Shown in pieces: positions 9,152-18,210 of a DNA stretch of 64,000 nucleotides. Position numbers and translations under genes: made by a program. Every line of letters starts with the position of its first letter. Within the stretch, counting starts at the first letter, position 1. Origin of the DNA: a virus; the IMG/VR virus record IMGVR_UViG_3300047160_036265; one strand, written 5' to 3'. The notes beneath the pieces are model-generated. The model had not been told where the DNA came from. It ran no database searches and was given only the letters and a program-made list of their open reading frames with translations.

Positions 9152-9496
9152 ACCAGAGCAAATGAAGAGGGTGGAGGGATCATCGGGAATGATATTCGAG
9201 TCGATGGTGAGGGGAAACCCGAACTGCCCGAAGCGGTCCAGAACTAATTCGTAGCAAGGCGGCGCATATCTATCCTCCAGGTTAGGGTGTTATAGCACAA
9301 AAATAGTCCGGTTCAAGTCCAATAGTCCGGCACCGAAAGCCATAGTCACTGGATTAGGCTCTCTGTCATCCTTTGTGGGACTTCCCTACTCCTGTCATTC
9401 ACCCTTGCGGGATACGGTTATTCCTGACAGTTTCAAGCCAGTGAAACCAGTCCTGTACCACCCGACCAGCGGGCGGTGCCGAACGTAGGCCCTGGT

Positions 9497-9585
9497 CGGT
9501 AGGCCAGTGGGCGGTGAGGGAGTCGAACCCTCACTGAGCCGGCAGTTTTGAACCCTGCGCTCGATCTCAGCAGGCGCAATTGGTC
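9497..9585 (-). tRNA. tRNA-like element (uncertain)
   Basis: T-arm GUGAGGGUUCGACUCCCUCAC present; acceptor and anticodon arms are not canonical. Confidence 0.3.
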
Positions 9586-9622
9586 TATGACGGTCTTGCC
9601 GGTTATCAGGCTCCTGCCCGCC

Positions 9623-9979
9623 CTATTGCACCAACTTGATGAACTGGCGCTGGAGCTTGGGTATCGGACATCCCGGAAAAGACGCCCGAACTTCATCGCT
9701 GATTTCCTGCACGGGGCCGACGCCGAAGAAGGCCCACAGCCACTCCTGCCACTCCTCCTCCGTCAAGTCACGTTTGGGCGTCACCGACAAATGCCACGCT
9801 GCCTTGGTTATTGTAGGCGTGACTCGGCAGATGTCGAAGGAGAAGACAGTCTCAACGATTTGGTCGCCGTAGGCGATATTACGGGCACAGCACTCCGGGA
9901 CAATGAAATGCTTCTCCTGGTCATGGGGGTTCTGCTGGGCGACCAAGGCCATGTCGTTGGCGATTGTGCGCAAGTCCAT
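9623..9979 (-). CDS. hypothetical protein
   Basis: 118-aa ORF on the gene strand. Confidence 0.4.
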   Translation of the reverse strand: MDLRTIANDMALVAQQNPHDQEKHFIVPECCARNIAYGDQIVETVFSFDICRVTPTITKAAWHLSVTPKRDLTEEEWQEWLWAFFGVGPVQEISDEVRASFPGCPIPKLQRQFIKLVQ

Positions 9980-9982
9980 CGC

Positions 9983-10399
9983 TCACTCCTCGTGAATCTC
10001 CATGTCTTCGGAAAGGGCGATCTCCTGTTTGGTGGGGCAGTCGGCACCAAACTCGACGTAGTAGGTGCCGCCGATGATGCTGGTGTCCAGAACGCCTTTA
10101 GCGTGCTGGACCAGAGCGCCATCCTCGTCGCTGAGGTAAATGTCGGTGGCCTTGTTCTTGGCAGTCACCTTCAGCTTCTTATATTGAACGGCGTGCCAGG
10201 CTTCCTTGATGATGTCGTAGTCCCGCTCGCCGGGATTACAGGCGGTCCCACTGCTGCCGTTGAGATACCAGTGGGTCCGCCGCCCCTCCCCCTCCTCGAA
10301 ATCAACCTGGAACGAGACATCCTGTTCCAGAAGGAGACGGATAAACTCGAACAACTGGTACTTGTTGTCGCCTTCATATGCGATGCGTGCCAAGGTCAT
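9983..10399 (-). CDS. hypothetical protein
   Basis: Start set at MTLARIAYEGD, which is preceded by a GGGAGGG Shine-Dalgarno; sits downstream of the L7/L12 gene. Confidence 0.45.
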   Translation of the reverse strand: MTLARIAYEGDNKYQLFEFIRLLLEQDVSFQVDFEEGEGRRTHWYLNGSSGTACNPGERDYDIIKEAWHAVQYKKLKVTAKNKATDIYLSDEDGALVQHAKGVLDTSIIGGTYYVEFGADCPTKQEIALSEDMEIHEE

Positions 10400-10430
10400 T
10401 TCCCTCCCAACGAATTGCAGGCAGATGAGA

Positions 10431-10898
10431 TTACTTGATTGTGACAGTCGCTCCGGCGGCAGCCAGCTTCGCCTTGATCTTTTCGGCTTCTTCACGGCTC
10501 ACGCCCTCCTTGACGGTAGCGGGCGCTTTTGTGACGGCTTCCATCGACTCCTTCAGGCCCATGCCGGTAATCTCGCGCCACACCTTCACGACCCCCACCT
10601 TCTGGGTCATGTCGAGAACGCCCTCCACCACCACCGCAAACTCGGTCTGCTCTGGGGCCTTTTCCGGGGCCTGCTCTGGCTTCTGCTGGTCGGGAACGAT
10701 AAAGCCCGACGACGCCGGCTTGATGCCGTGGACTTCTTCGAGGTACTGGCTGAGGGCCACAGCCTCGGTGAGCGTGAGATTGGCGATGGCGTCACCAATC
10801 TGCACAACATCCTCGCTCCATTCATCCGGCGTGCCAATAGCGATGGAAACCCCGCCGCCCTTGTCGCCGCTGCCCTGAACTTCTGGTTCGTTCATCAA
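10431..10898 (-). CDS. rplL: ribosomal protein bL12 (L7/L12) homolog
   Basis: C-terminal domain [55 protein letters not shown] closely matches the L7/L12 CTD; N-terminal dimerisation-like helix and an Ala/Pro/Glu hinge. Confidence 0.7.
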   Translation of the reverse strand: MMNEPEVQGSGDKGGGVSIAIGTPDEWSEDVVQIGDAIANLTLTEAVALSQYLEEVHGIKPASSGFIVPDQQKPEQAPEKAPEQTEFAVVVEGVLDMTQKVGVVKVWREITGMGLKESMEAVTKAPATVKEGVSREEAEKIKAKLAAAGATVTIK

Positions 10899-11128
10899 TC
10901 TTCCTCCCAGCTACAGTAGTGTTTGACGGCGACGGTGAACTTCACCAAGTCGGTGTCGGAAAATAAAACCTCGTTGCCCTCAAGCAACGTGTACTTGAAG
11001 GTTTCCGAGTCGGCTTCAATCAGAATTTTGTGGCTGCCGGCAACGAGCGGGGGCTTGTTGCACTTCTTGAGGTAGTGCAGCAAGGTGGGCCACATCTCGC
11101 CAAATTTGGGGTGTTCCAGTGGGTCCAT
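10895..11128 (-). CDS. hypothetical protein
   Basis: ORF trimmed to the internal Met (MDPLEHPKF...). Confidence 0.35.
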   Translation of the reverse strand: MDPLEHPKFGEMWPTLLHYLKKCNKPPLVAGSHKILIEADSETFKYTLLEGNEVLFSDTDLVKFTVAVKHYCSWEED

Positions 11129-11133
11129 CACCG

Positions 11134-11475
11134 CTACTCCGGTGTAGGATGGGGTCGATACCGCTTTTGAAATTCCGCACAGCAATATTCTTTGCAGACA
11201 TTGCAGTGCGGGCATATGTGCTTCTCGTGCTGGCAGATGGGCCAAGCATTCATTTCACACATATTGCAGTCGTACCAGTTGCACTCTCCTTCTTTGGGGG
11301 CAACGCCTATTGGGGCCATCGGCCTGCCGCAAAACTCACAGTGGCCGGGGTCGGCCCCCAGGAAGCGCTCATACCAAAGCTTCGGTGCGTCGGCCATAAG
11401 TGCGGCATCCGGGTGCTGCCCCCGGTCCTTCTGGTTGGAAGCCAGATGTACTAGCTGGTAATACCAATGCCGCAA
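11134..11475 (-). CDS. hypothetical Cys-rich protein
   Basis: 113-aa ORF with about 12 Cys and several His (CEFCGRP..CNMCEMNAWPICQHEKHICPHCNVCKEYCC). Confidence 0.4.
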   Translation of the reverse strand: MRHWYYQLVHLASNQKDRGQHPDAALMADAPKLWYERFLGADPGHCEFCGRPMAPIGVAPKEGECNWYDCNMCEMNAWPICQHEKHICPHCNVCKEYCCAEFQKRYRPHPTPE

Positions 11476-11735
11476 TATACATCGCCGTTCTCAGCGATCT
11501 TCTTGTCCTCATACGGCGAGGCAATCCGGCGGTAATATTCGAGCTTGGCACACTCCAAGGCCCCAATTACCGCATTGGCGACCTTGTAGCCGAAGGGCGG
11601 ATGCTGCCGGACATACGCCTGACACAACTGCGTTATCAGGTAGTTCAGTGTACCCTCGGTGTCGATCCCCGCCCGGCTCATGTCCTGAACCAACTGGTTA
11701 AGGCGGTCCCGTTCCTCTTCCTTGATATAAGGCAT
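11451..11735 (-). CDS. hypothetical protein
   Basis: 94-aa ORF on the gene strand. Confidence 0.4.
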   Translation of the reverse strand: MPYIKEEERDRLNQLVQDMSRAGIDTEGTLNYLITQLCQAYVRQHPPFGYKVANAVIGALECAKLEYYRRIASPYEDKKIAENGDVYCGIGITS

Positions 11736-11742
11736 CTTGCCC

Positions 11743-11985
11743 TCATTTCTTCTTTTTCAACAACCTCGAAGTCGTCACATATGCCAGCAGATCGGTCTGC
11801 AACTGCTCCACCATATCAAGCCGCCCATCATCCAGCACGTCAATCCCTGGGTAGTTGGCCTTGCAATACTCGCTCACTTCATCATTGCTGTAGAGCGAGT
11901 GGAACAGGACGGTGGAGTTGGGCAGGTCGCATATGATGCGCCGCAGGACCATCGACAGGAAGCCGTTCTTATCCATTTTTCTCAC
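11743..11985 (-). CDS. hypothetical protein
   Basis: 80-aa ORF on the gene strand. Confidence 0.4.
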   Translation of the reverse strand: MRKMDKNGFLSMVLRRIICDLPNSTVLFHSLYSNDEVSEYCKANYPGIDVLDDGRLDMVEQLQTDLLAYVTTSRLLKKKK

Positions 11986-12067
11986 CCACGACGCATGACA
12001 GAGTTAAAGCACCATGTCAACACTACCAGGAAAACCAACAAACCCAAGGCTTCCATGTCATCTCCAG

Positions 12068-12138
12068 TGCGGAATACGGGAATCGAACCCGTGCCTCGAC
12101 GTTGGGAACGTCACATTCTACCATTAAACTAATTCCGC
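12068..12138 (-). tRNA. tRNA-Gly(CCC)
   Basis: Acceptor GCGGAAU/AUUCCGC, anticodon loop UUCCCAA, T-arm ACGGG-UUCGAUU-CCCGU. Confidence 0.7.
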
Positions 12139-12144
12139 AGCAAC

Positions 12145-12375
12145 TCACGCTGGTGGTGGCAGTTGGCGCTCTTTATCCCACAGGTGGTAGCCGTAGTAAC
12201 CTAGTAACCCTGCCACCAAAGCGCCCATGACGCTTACCCACATGGGGATGTGCAAGCCGCCGATTGTCATGTCGGCTTGGAAGGCCAACCGCACCACATG
12301 CACGAAGGCCATTACCAGAAAGATGACATAGGAAATCAGCAAATATATCCGAAGCATAGCCCTCCTTAACTCCAC
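12145..12375 (-). CDS. small membrane protein
   Basis: 76-aa ORF with two hydrophobic helices. Confidence 0.4.
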   Translation of the reverse strand: MELRRAMLRIYLLISYVIFLVMAFVHVVRLAFQADMTIGGLHIPMWVSVMGALVAGLLGYYGYHLWDKERQLPPPA

Positions 12376-12384
12376 CCTTATATA

Positions 12385-12720
12385 TCAACGACGCTTTCTT
12401 TTGCAGTGAAGTTTCCGGTGACAGTTTGAGCAGATGCACCGGCACTTCTCAATCTCCGCAAGAATCTTCTCCTTTGAAACCCGGTTGCTTATCGCTGTCG
12501 CAATTTCAAAGAGCTTGGTCTTGGGGTCTTTGTGGTGAAAGTCCAGACAGGCAGCGTCATTTTCAGGACATCGCTCGCAGGTGCGCTGGCACTTCAAGTC
12601 CCAGAGCCAGTCCTGCATTGCCTTCTTTCTGGCCCGGCCCCGCTCCCGATATATTGCCTTGTTCTTCTGGTAATGATCCTTCTGAGCCTTTAACTGTTCG
12701 GCACGTTCTTTGTATGGCAT
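12385..12720 (-). CDS. HNH endonuclease
   Basis: CERCPEND..CLDFHHKDPKTK..CSNCHRKLH fits an HNH/His-Me finger; lies next to tRNA genes, as phage homing endonucleases often do. Confidence 0.55.
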   Translation of the reverse strand: MPYKERAEQLKAQKDHYQKNKAIYRERGRARKKAMQDWLWDLKCQRTCERCPENDAACLDFHHKDPKTKLFEIATAISNRVSKEKILAEIEKCRCICSNCHRKLHCKRKRR

Positions 12721-12742
12721 ACCTACATTATAGTAGGTTCAA

Positions 12743-12835
12743 CTCGTCAGGCAGGACTCGAACCTGCAACCTGGCGGTTAAGTTAAGGTCTGTCAGGACC
12801 AACAGCCGCCTGCTCTACCATTGAGCTACTGACGA
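12743..12835 (-). tRNA. tRNA-Asn(GUU)-like with about 21-nt insertion in the anticodon arm
   Basis: Acceptor UCGUCAG/CUGACGA, D-arm GCUC-AAUGGUA-GAGC, T-arm GCAGG-UUCGAGU-CCUGC; anticodon stem GGCGG/CCGCC encloses 28 nt (CUGUUGG plus a GGUC-CUGACA-GACC hairpin). Confidence 0.5.
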
Positions 12836-13035
12836 TCATGTTCTCCTTATCATCTTCTGCCCGGCTTTTTTGTCGCAATCCACATGATGCGGTCGGTGAG
12901 CATATCAATGACCACAACCACACGGGCCTCGCCCCACAGAATCAGGGCCATGTTGATAAAGGCGATGCTCACCCCTGCAAAGAAGGGTAGGATGTTCTTC
13001 TTCTTCAGCATTCCCTACCCCTCCGTGGCGACGGT

Positions 13036-13614
13036 CTACCAGCCTAGAAACTTTCGCAACTGCTCCGCAAATTCCTTATAAATCGCGCCCTCTTCATCGG
13101 TCAGATTCGTGGTGAAAGACACGTCCTTCGTTCGCAGGTTCACATGGATCGTAACTTTGGCTTTTTCGCCACGGGGCCAGGAGAAGTAATAGCCGGTGCC
13201 CCACGCACTCTTGACCCACTCCTCGAAATCCTGGTCGTCCTGCTGCATGTTGGGCGGGGCGTGCTGCCGGGCAAACTTGATGAGGCCCGGCAGGTCGTAC
13301 AACAGAATGTCAACTGGCGGGTTTGGCAGTGGCTCGCCCTGGTGCAAGCGGTTGACGGCCTCCTTCAGCACGCAGATGAACTGACCCATCCGCATCGAAC
13401 AGTTCAGCGCCCGGTCCTGGTCCTCGGCATCCAGTTGGTCATTCTCGGCATTCTTCAGGTCATACTTGCGGTAGGCGTCCGCAAGCTCAATGGCCTTCAT
13501 TAAGCCGGGGATCAAGGCCGGATCGCCAGGCGGGTTTTTGAGCTTTTCGATCTCCTGGTGCAGACGCTCGGCACGGGCATGACGAGCTTCGGTGTCATCT
13601 TTTTCACGCTCCAT
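13036..13614 (-). CDS. hypothetical protein
   Basis: Start moved to MEREKDD... because the Arg/Pro-rich extension upstream looks like a GC artefact. Confidence 0.45.
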   Translation of the reverse strand: MEREKDDTEARHARAERLHQEIEKLKNPPGDPALIPGLMKAIELADAYRKYDLKNAENDQLDAEDQDRALNCSMRMGQFICVLKEAVNRLHQGEPLPNPPVDILLYDLPGLIKFARQHAPPNMQQDDQDFEEWVKSAWGTGYYFSWPRGEKAKVTIHVNLRTKDVSFTTNLTDEEGAIYKEFAEQLRKFLGW

Positions 13615-13825
13615 GCGTGGCCTCCTCGGCGTCAAAGAGTTTGGCCTCCAACTCCTCCAACAGCAGCCGGGTCGGGGTGCCAGGGGAAAACTCGTGCATT
13701 CCCCACGGCTCGCCAGGGGGACCGTCCTTCTCATCCCGGAAGTACACGGTCAAGTCGCCCTGTTCCCATTCTACTGACAGGAATTGGGGGTTGTCAGCCA
13801 GAAATTGCTCGATGATCGGGTTCAC
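13604..13825 (-). CDS. hypothetical protein
   Basis: 73-aa acidic ORF. Confidence 0.35.
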   Translation of the reverse strand: MNPIIEQFLADNPQFLSVEWEQGDLTVYFRDEKDGPPGEPWGMHEFSPGTPTRLLLEELEAKLFDAEEATHGA

Positions 13826-14234
13826 GGGTCAGCCTGTCTGTAAGGGTGTTCTCTTCACGCGAAATCCACGCCGCAATCCAATCTACACCTTCCAGAAGCT
13901 TCAGGCAATGGTCCATGATAACTTTCAGGCTCGCCTTGCGGCAAACCCACTGGCCGCTTAGCTGGCAGATGACCAGTTGCGAGTCGCCTTTGATCTCCAA
14001 CCGGCCCTTGTAGTCCGGGTACTTCATTTTGAAATTGTGCAAGCCCCGAAGCAACCCGTACCACTCGGCCATATTGTTGGTCGCGCCTGGCCCCCGACAA
14101 ATTTCGTCGGAGGCACAGGCGACTTCGTTACCGTCCGGCCCGACCAGCCGCCAGGCACAGCGAGCTATTCCACCTGGGTTGACCGGCTGACAGGAGCCGT
14201 CGAAAAATAAAACGAACTTCTCTTCACTCGACAT
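13794..14234 (-). CDS. rnhA: ribonuclease H (RNase HI-like)
   Basis: FFDGSCQPVNPG, TNNMAEWYGLLRGL, GDSQLVICQLSGQW and WISREENTLTDRL match the RNase H catalytic DEDD-region motifs. Confidence 0.65.
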   Translation of the reverse strand: MSSEEKFVLFFDGSCQPVNPGGIARCAWRLVGPDGNEVACASDEICRGPGATNNMAEWYGLLRGLHNFKMKYPDYKGRLEIKGDSQLVICQLSGQWVCRKASLKVIMDHCLKLLEGVDWIAAWISREENTLTDRLTREPDHRAISG

Positions 14235-14445
14235 GGGAAGGCAAACCAGGAACCTTGATCCCGTCGCCTATATTTTTGGCGATTCGGGACATATGAACCT
14301 CGGCGTTCTCCTTAATACGGCGACACTTGTTGCAGTAGCGGATGTTGCAGGGGTCGTCCGTCACGATTTTCTTGTGGCACCAGCCCAGGCAATCCACTTC
14401 GTAGACGGCGACTCCATTCTTCCATCGCAAGAAGGTTGCTGACAT
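14224..14445 (-). CDS. hypothetical protein
   Basis: ORF trimmed to an internal Met to avoid tRNA-Lys; Cys-containing (CNIRYCNKCRR). Confidence 0.3.
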   Translation of the reverse strand: MSATFLRWKNGVAVYEVDCLGWCHKKIVTDDPCNIRYCNKCRRIKENAEVHMSRIAKNIGDGIKVPGLPSHVE

Positions 14446-14450
14446 GGCAG

Positions 14451-14522
14451 TGACCCCGGTGGGACTTGAACCCACAACCTACAGGTTAAAAGCCTGTTGC
14501 TCTGCCATTGAGCTACGAGGTC
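14451..14522 (-). tRNA. tRNA-Lys(UUU)
   Basis: Acceptor GACCUCG/CGGGGUC, D-arm GCUCAAUGGCAGAGC, anticodon arm ACAGG-CUUUUAA-CCUGU, T-loop GGUUCAAGUCC. Confidence 0.75.
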
Positions 14523-14835
14523 AGCGCTTCTTCGGAAGAGGCGGCGACACGGGCAACAGATGACTGCGCTGGGGATTGCCAAATTGACGCTGGTTCAACT
14601 GACGGTACAACTCATCGCACTCCTGTTGCCGAAACTCCAATTTCTTTTTCAAATCGGAGTTTTCTTGCAGAAGCTTATCGGCTTTTATTACTGCCTGGTT
14701 GTCGTTGACCACCCTGACTTCGGGGGGCGTGGGTTCAGGAACAACCCGACACTTATAACCGATAACGCCCCCGATGGCAAGCCCAAGTACCAGGCAAACT
14801 GGATACAGTGCCTTGGAAATAATCTGCCAGTTCAT
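14521..14835 (-). CDS. membrane/secreted protein
   Basis: N-terminal TM/signal segment MNWQIISKALYPVCLVLGLAIGGVIGY. Confidence 0.4.
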   Translation of the reverse strand: MNWQIISKALYPVCLVLGLAIGGVIGYKCRVVPEPTPPEVRVVNDNQAVIKADKLLQENSDLKKKLEFRQQECDELYRQLNQRQFGNPQRSHLLPVSPPLPKKR

Positions 14836-14864
14836 GCCTTATTATAGTGTGAAGTGCAAAGAAG

Positions 14865-14951
14865 TCAGGGCGGCAGGACTCGAACCTGCATCCTCCCGGC
14901 GAAAAGGCCGGTTGCTCAGCCCGTAGGTCCGAAGACTTGAGCTACGCCCCG
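14865..14951 (-). tRNA. tRNA with hairpin insertion in the D-loop; anticodon unclear (UUU/UUC region)
   Basis: Acceptor CGGGGCG/CGCCCUG, T-arm GCAGG-UUCGAGU-CCUGC; D-stem GCUC/GAGC encloses 21 nt including GUC-UUCG-GAC; the anticodon loop folds as 6 or 8 nt. Confidence 0.45.
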
Positions 14952-14952
14952 A

Positions 14953-15315
14953 TCAATAGTCGTTCTGCGGCTTGTCGTCTTTGCCCAGCTTTTCCTCTAT
15001 TTCCTTGGCGATCTCGTCCTGGCGTTCGTCACTGACCACATTGGGTCGATATTCGTGGTCGATAAACTGCACACCCCGGTCCTCCCACTTCGCCACATCC
15101 TCCACGTCCGGGCCATAGGCGGCGTCGTACATGAAGGATGTTGGCTCGCAGAGGATTTCCTTATCGCCGTTGGCGTGGTCGAAAATACAGAAATTCCCGG
15201 TGTAGGGGCCGGTGCGCTGAACCTCGATCTGCCAGCGGTCATCCAGGCGGGACCACCACACCAGCAGAGGATGCCGGGAATTATCGTCAGTCCAGGTCGC
15301 CAAGGGCTGGGACAT
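14953..15315 (-). CDS. hypothetical protein
   Basis: 120-aa acidic ORF. Confidence 0.45.
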   Translation of the reverse strand: MSQPLATWTDDNSRHPLLVWWSRLDDRWQIEVQRTGPYTGNFCIFDHANGDKEILCEPTSFMYDAAYGPDVEDVAKWEDRGVQFIDHEYRPNVVSDERQDEIAKEIEEKLGKDDKPQNDY

Positions 15316-15892
15316 CGTTCAACTCCTCGTTGATGAGCGCACTTTTGGACGGCAGAGACAGCAGGCCCTCGCCGGCCTTGGTCCCGTAGTTACCGAAGCC
15401 CTGGGCGTTGACGGCATCCCACTCCAGAGCCGCCCGCAGGCTCATGGCATTGCGCCACTTATACTTGCAGGTGTTGGCAACCGTCAGCTTCTTCCAGTGT
15501 TCCAGATCATGGATATTGTGAATCATCCCCGACCACACCGCCAGCACCGTATTGACCAACTCCTTGGAGGAAGAAAAAGTCCGGCGGTCATAGGAGTGGT
15601 TAGTGCAAACCAAACCGTGTCGTTCGGTATCGGTGGGGCAATAGCAAAGCATTGAATCCAGGGACTCCAGCGCCTCCGTTGCCAGAAACACGCACAGGCC
15701 CTTGTCATAGACGCCGTAGTAGGTGTAGGTCTTCCCCTCGATCCCGTAGTTGAGAATGTGGATCAAATACGGAAAGGCGAGGCTAACTGGCTTGCCGCTG
15801 CCTGGGAAGATGGTGCGCATCTGGGGTGGCGTCTCCAGAACCATCTGACCACGGGCCTTCGTCTCCTGGCGATACCGGACCTTGGTGGACAT
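15287..15892 (-). CDS. hypothetical protein
   Basis: 201-aa ORF. Confidence 0.45.
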   Translation of the reverse strand: MSTKVRYRQETKARGQMVLETPPQMRTIFPGSGKPVSLAFPYLIHILNYGIEGKTYTYYGVYDKGLCVFLATEALESLDSMLCYCPTDTERHGLVCTNHSYDRRTFSSSKELVNTVLAVWSGMIHNIHDLEHWKKLTVANTCKYKWRNAMSLRAALEWDAVNAQGFGNYGTKAGEGLLSLPSKSALINEELNDVPALGDLD

Positions 15893-16048
15893 TCTGCACC
15901 TTCTCTTCCGGGCATCACGGTAGGGTGGGAAGGCGGTGGAGGTTGTGGAAATACCAGAAACAACCCAGCACCACCGCCATCCCGAACAGCATTCCCAGAA
16001 AGAACACGAACCATCGAGATTTCATCTGCCCAACGCCTGTCAGCGTAA

Positions 16049-16690
16049 TTATACGCTTGGGAGGGCGATTCCGCTGCCCCCTGGGTCTTTTCCGTGATGG
16101 AGGCCGTGTTCGTCCTGAACACCAGTGGCAGGAATGCCTGTGTTGGCCCAGGACAGGCCCGGCCCGCCGTGGAGGCTGTTATAAATGTTCTGAACCAGAA
16201 GCTCGAACGCCCCGTCCGGGATGCCGCAGTGCGTGTGGTTCTGGCCGACGTAGAGCGTGAGGGTGTTGCCGCCGAAGTCCTGCTCGAACATCACCGGGTT
16301 GTTGTCGTTGGCGAGTTCCACCACCTTCTTCAAAATCGCCTCCGACAAGCCCAACTCCCGAACCTTGTCGATGAGGAAGGTGGCCTCGGCCTCGTGGTGC
16401 TTCATCAGGGCGTTGAAGCGCTGCTCCCAGGTTTTGCTCTCGTCGTCCTTGAACCGCCTGACCTTGATCCAGCCGAAACCTTCATACGGTTTGTTCATGC
16501 TTTTCTCCCGAATAAGGATTGCCTCTTTCCAGGGGCCGTTGATTTTCGGGAAACCGTACATCCGCCAGCCACCGGCGGCAGCCTCCCGACACAAACGGCC
16601 CCAGGTTTCCTCGTCATCCTTCGGGGCCGTTATTATAGCATGTTCGTGTGCCTGAATGTAGGCAATTTGAAGTTGCGTCCACTCATCCAT
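16049..16690 (-). CDS. hypothetical protein
   Basis: 213-aa ORF. Confidence 0.45.
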   Translation of the reverse strand: MDEWTQLQIAYIQAHEHAIITAPKDDEETWGRLCREAAAGGWRMYGFPKINGPWKEAILIREKSMNKPYEGFGWIKVRRFKDDESKTWEQRFNALMKHHEAEATFLIDKVRELGLSEAILKKVVELANDNNPVMFEQDFGGNTLTLYVGQNHTHCGIPDGAFELLVQNIYNSLHGGPGLSWANTGIPATGVQDEHGLHHGKDPGGSGIALPSV

Positions 16691-18206
16691 GCGGCTGTTC
16701 CTTGCCGTTATTCATGCTGGAATATTCCTTGTAGAACCGGCCCAGGCGTTTGAAAATCTTGATGGCCTCGTCCACGTTGCGACCGTGGAAGAACCGACCC
16801 TTTTGAACGACAGCGGCGCACATCGCCAGATTTCCCGGCCCCGACTGGTCGCAGATACCCGTCACCCCCAGGTCCGACACCCAGATGCGGGGATGGCTCT
16901 GCTTATAGGCCCAGCGAAGCCCGTGGTAGTCGATGACGTTCATGCCGCCGGAAGGCGGACAACAAAGCTGGTCGAGAACCCGCTTGCCGCCTTTCGCCAG
17001 GATGCGAATAACGCCCTCGGCACCGTTGCCGGAGTAGTTGGCAACTACACAGCCAGGTGCCGCTTCCACCATCGCCTTGATGGCGGCGGGGGTCAGGCCC
17101 ATGCTGCCGCTGGAGTCGATAATAACCGTGCCACCGGGCATCTTAATGCGACGGGAGAAGACCCGTTGATCCACGGCATAGCGGTGCGGGTAGCGGGGGA
17201 ACACGCCTTCGTCGGTGGCCTTCCACTTCCGCATGAACTTGCCGGTCGCCGCCAGAGGGCGGGGTGGTTCCTCCAAACGAGGTATTCCCCAGGGCTGGAA
17301 GTTGACCGTGTGTTCCGGGCTGGTCCCACGGTGGTTTTGCAAATAAGTCTCCATCATGGCCTTCACGGCGGCTGGGAGTTCATCGGGAAGCTCGTCCCGA
17401 ACCTCGCTGGGAATATCATGGATTTTCAAATCCTCCTCGCACTCGTCCCAGGCCCACTCGAAGAAGTCTTCGAGACTCATCTGGCACTTTATACCGCCAC
17501 TGCCGGTGTGCTTGAACGCTTTGCCATCGGCTTTCATGCAGCCCTTCATCGACATCCAGGCAGGTTGAGGGGCGTCGTCAACATATTGCCGGAGCCATTG
17601 CACGACCTTCACCACGTTGGCCTTCGTTGGGTCATCCCGGATGCGCTTGCGGGCCTCGATGAAGAGGCTAATCATCGGCTCACGGGCGTTCTCGAACAGG
17701 AAGTCGGGACTCAACGCCTTGCCGGTGTAGTCGGTCATCAGCAGCATCGCCAGCGTACCAGACCGCCCGTAGCTCAGGAGAAGGCCGGCGTGCTGCTCGG
17801 TGAGGAAACCGGCTTCAAGATCAAGCCCGGCTCCATTCAAGAGGTAGCTGAGGCGGTGATCGTCCACCGCCTTAAAGAGCAGCATGTCCTCGTTGGGGAT
17901 GGCACGGTCATCCCATTTGATACGGGCGATCTGCTGAAGCTTGACGTTGTGCGAGATGGGATGATCGTCCAGGGGCACGAATATCATCTTCTCATCATAA
18001 TCGACGCCGACCCGGTTTTTATCTTGGCGAATCCGCCAACCACGGCCATCCTCAAGGATTTCCGGGATTGGATAAACCCTGGCGTCCTTATTGAGAAAGC
18101 GGTCGGCCATGATCGTCTCCGTGATCGCTGGGAAATGGGCGGCGGCGAGCATCTTCTCCCGCTTGAGCCGCATCTTCTCTTTTTTGGGGCGGGGCTTCTT
18201 GCCCAT
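16683..18206 (-). CDS. vWA-domain protein (CobT-like partner of the AAA+ ATPase)
   Basis: MIDAS motif VIIDSSGSMG; immediately downstream of and translationally coupled to the AAA+ gene, like phage CobS/CobT or MoxR/vWA pairs. Confidence 0.65.
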   Translation of the reverse strand: MGKKPRPKKEKMRLKREKMLAAAHFPAITETIMADRFLNKDARVYPIPEILEDGRGWRIRQDKNRVGVDYDEKMIFVPLDDHPISHNVKLQQIARIKWDDRAIPNEDMLLFKAVDDHRLSYLLNGAGLDLEAGFLTEQHAGLLLSYGRSGTLAMLLMTDYTGKALSPDFLFENAREPMISLFIEARKRIRDDPTKANVVKVVQWLRQYVDDAPQPAWMSMKGCMKADGKAFKHTGSGGIKCQMSLEDFFEWAWDECEEDLKIHDIPSEVRDELPDELPAAVKAMMETYLQNHRGTSPEHTVNFQPWGIPRLEEPPRPLAATGKFMRKWKATDEGVFPRYPHRYAVDQRVFSRRIKMPGGTVIIDSSGSMGLTPAAIKAMVEAAPGCVVANYSGNGAEGVIRILAKGGKRVLDQLCCPPSGGMNVIDYHGLRWAYKQSHPRIWVSDLGVTGICDQSGPGNLAMCAAVVQKGRFFHGRNVDEAIKIFKRLGRFYKEYSSMNNGKEQPHG

Positions 18207-18210
18207 AGAC

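Noticed and set aside
9260-9500. T-box riboswitch upstream of the AlaRS-like ORF
   Set aside because: Only a partial TTAGGGTG match, on the wrong (plus) strand; no specifier-loop or antiterminator architecture was identifiable.
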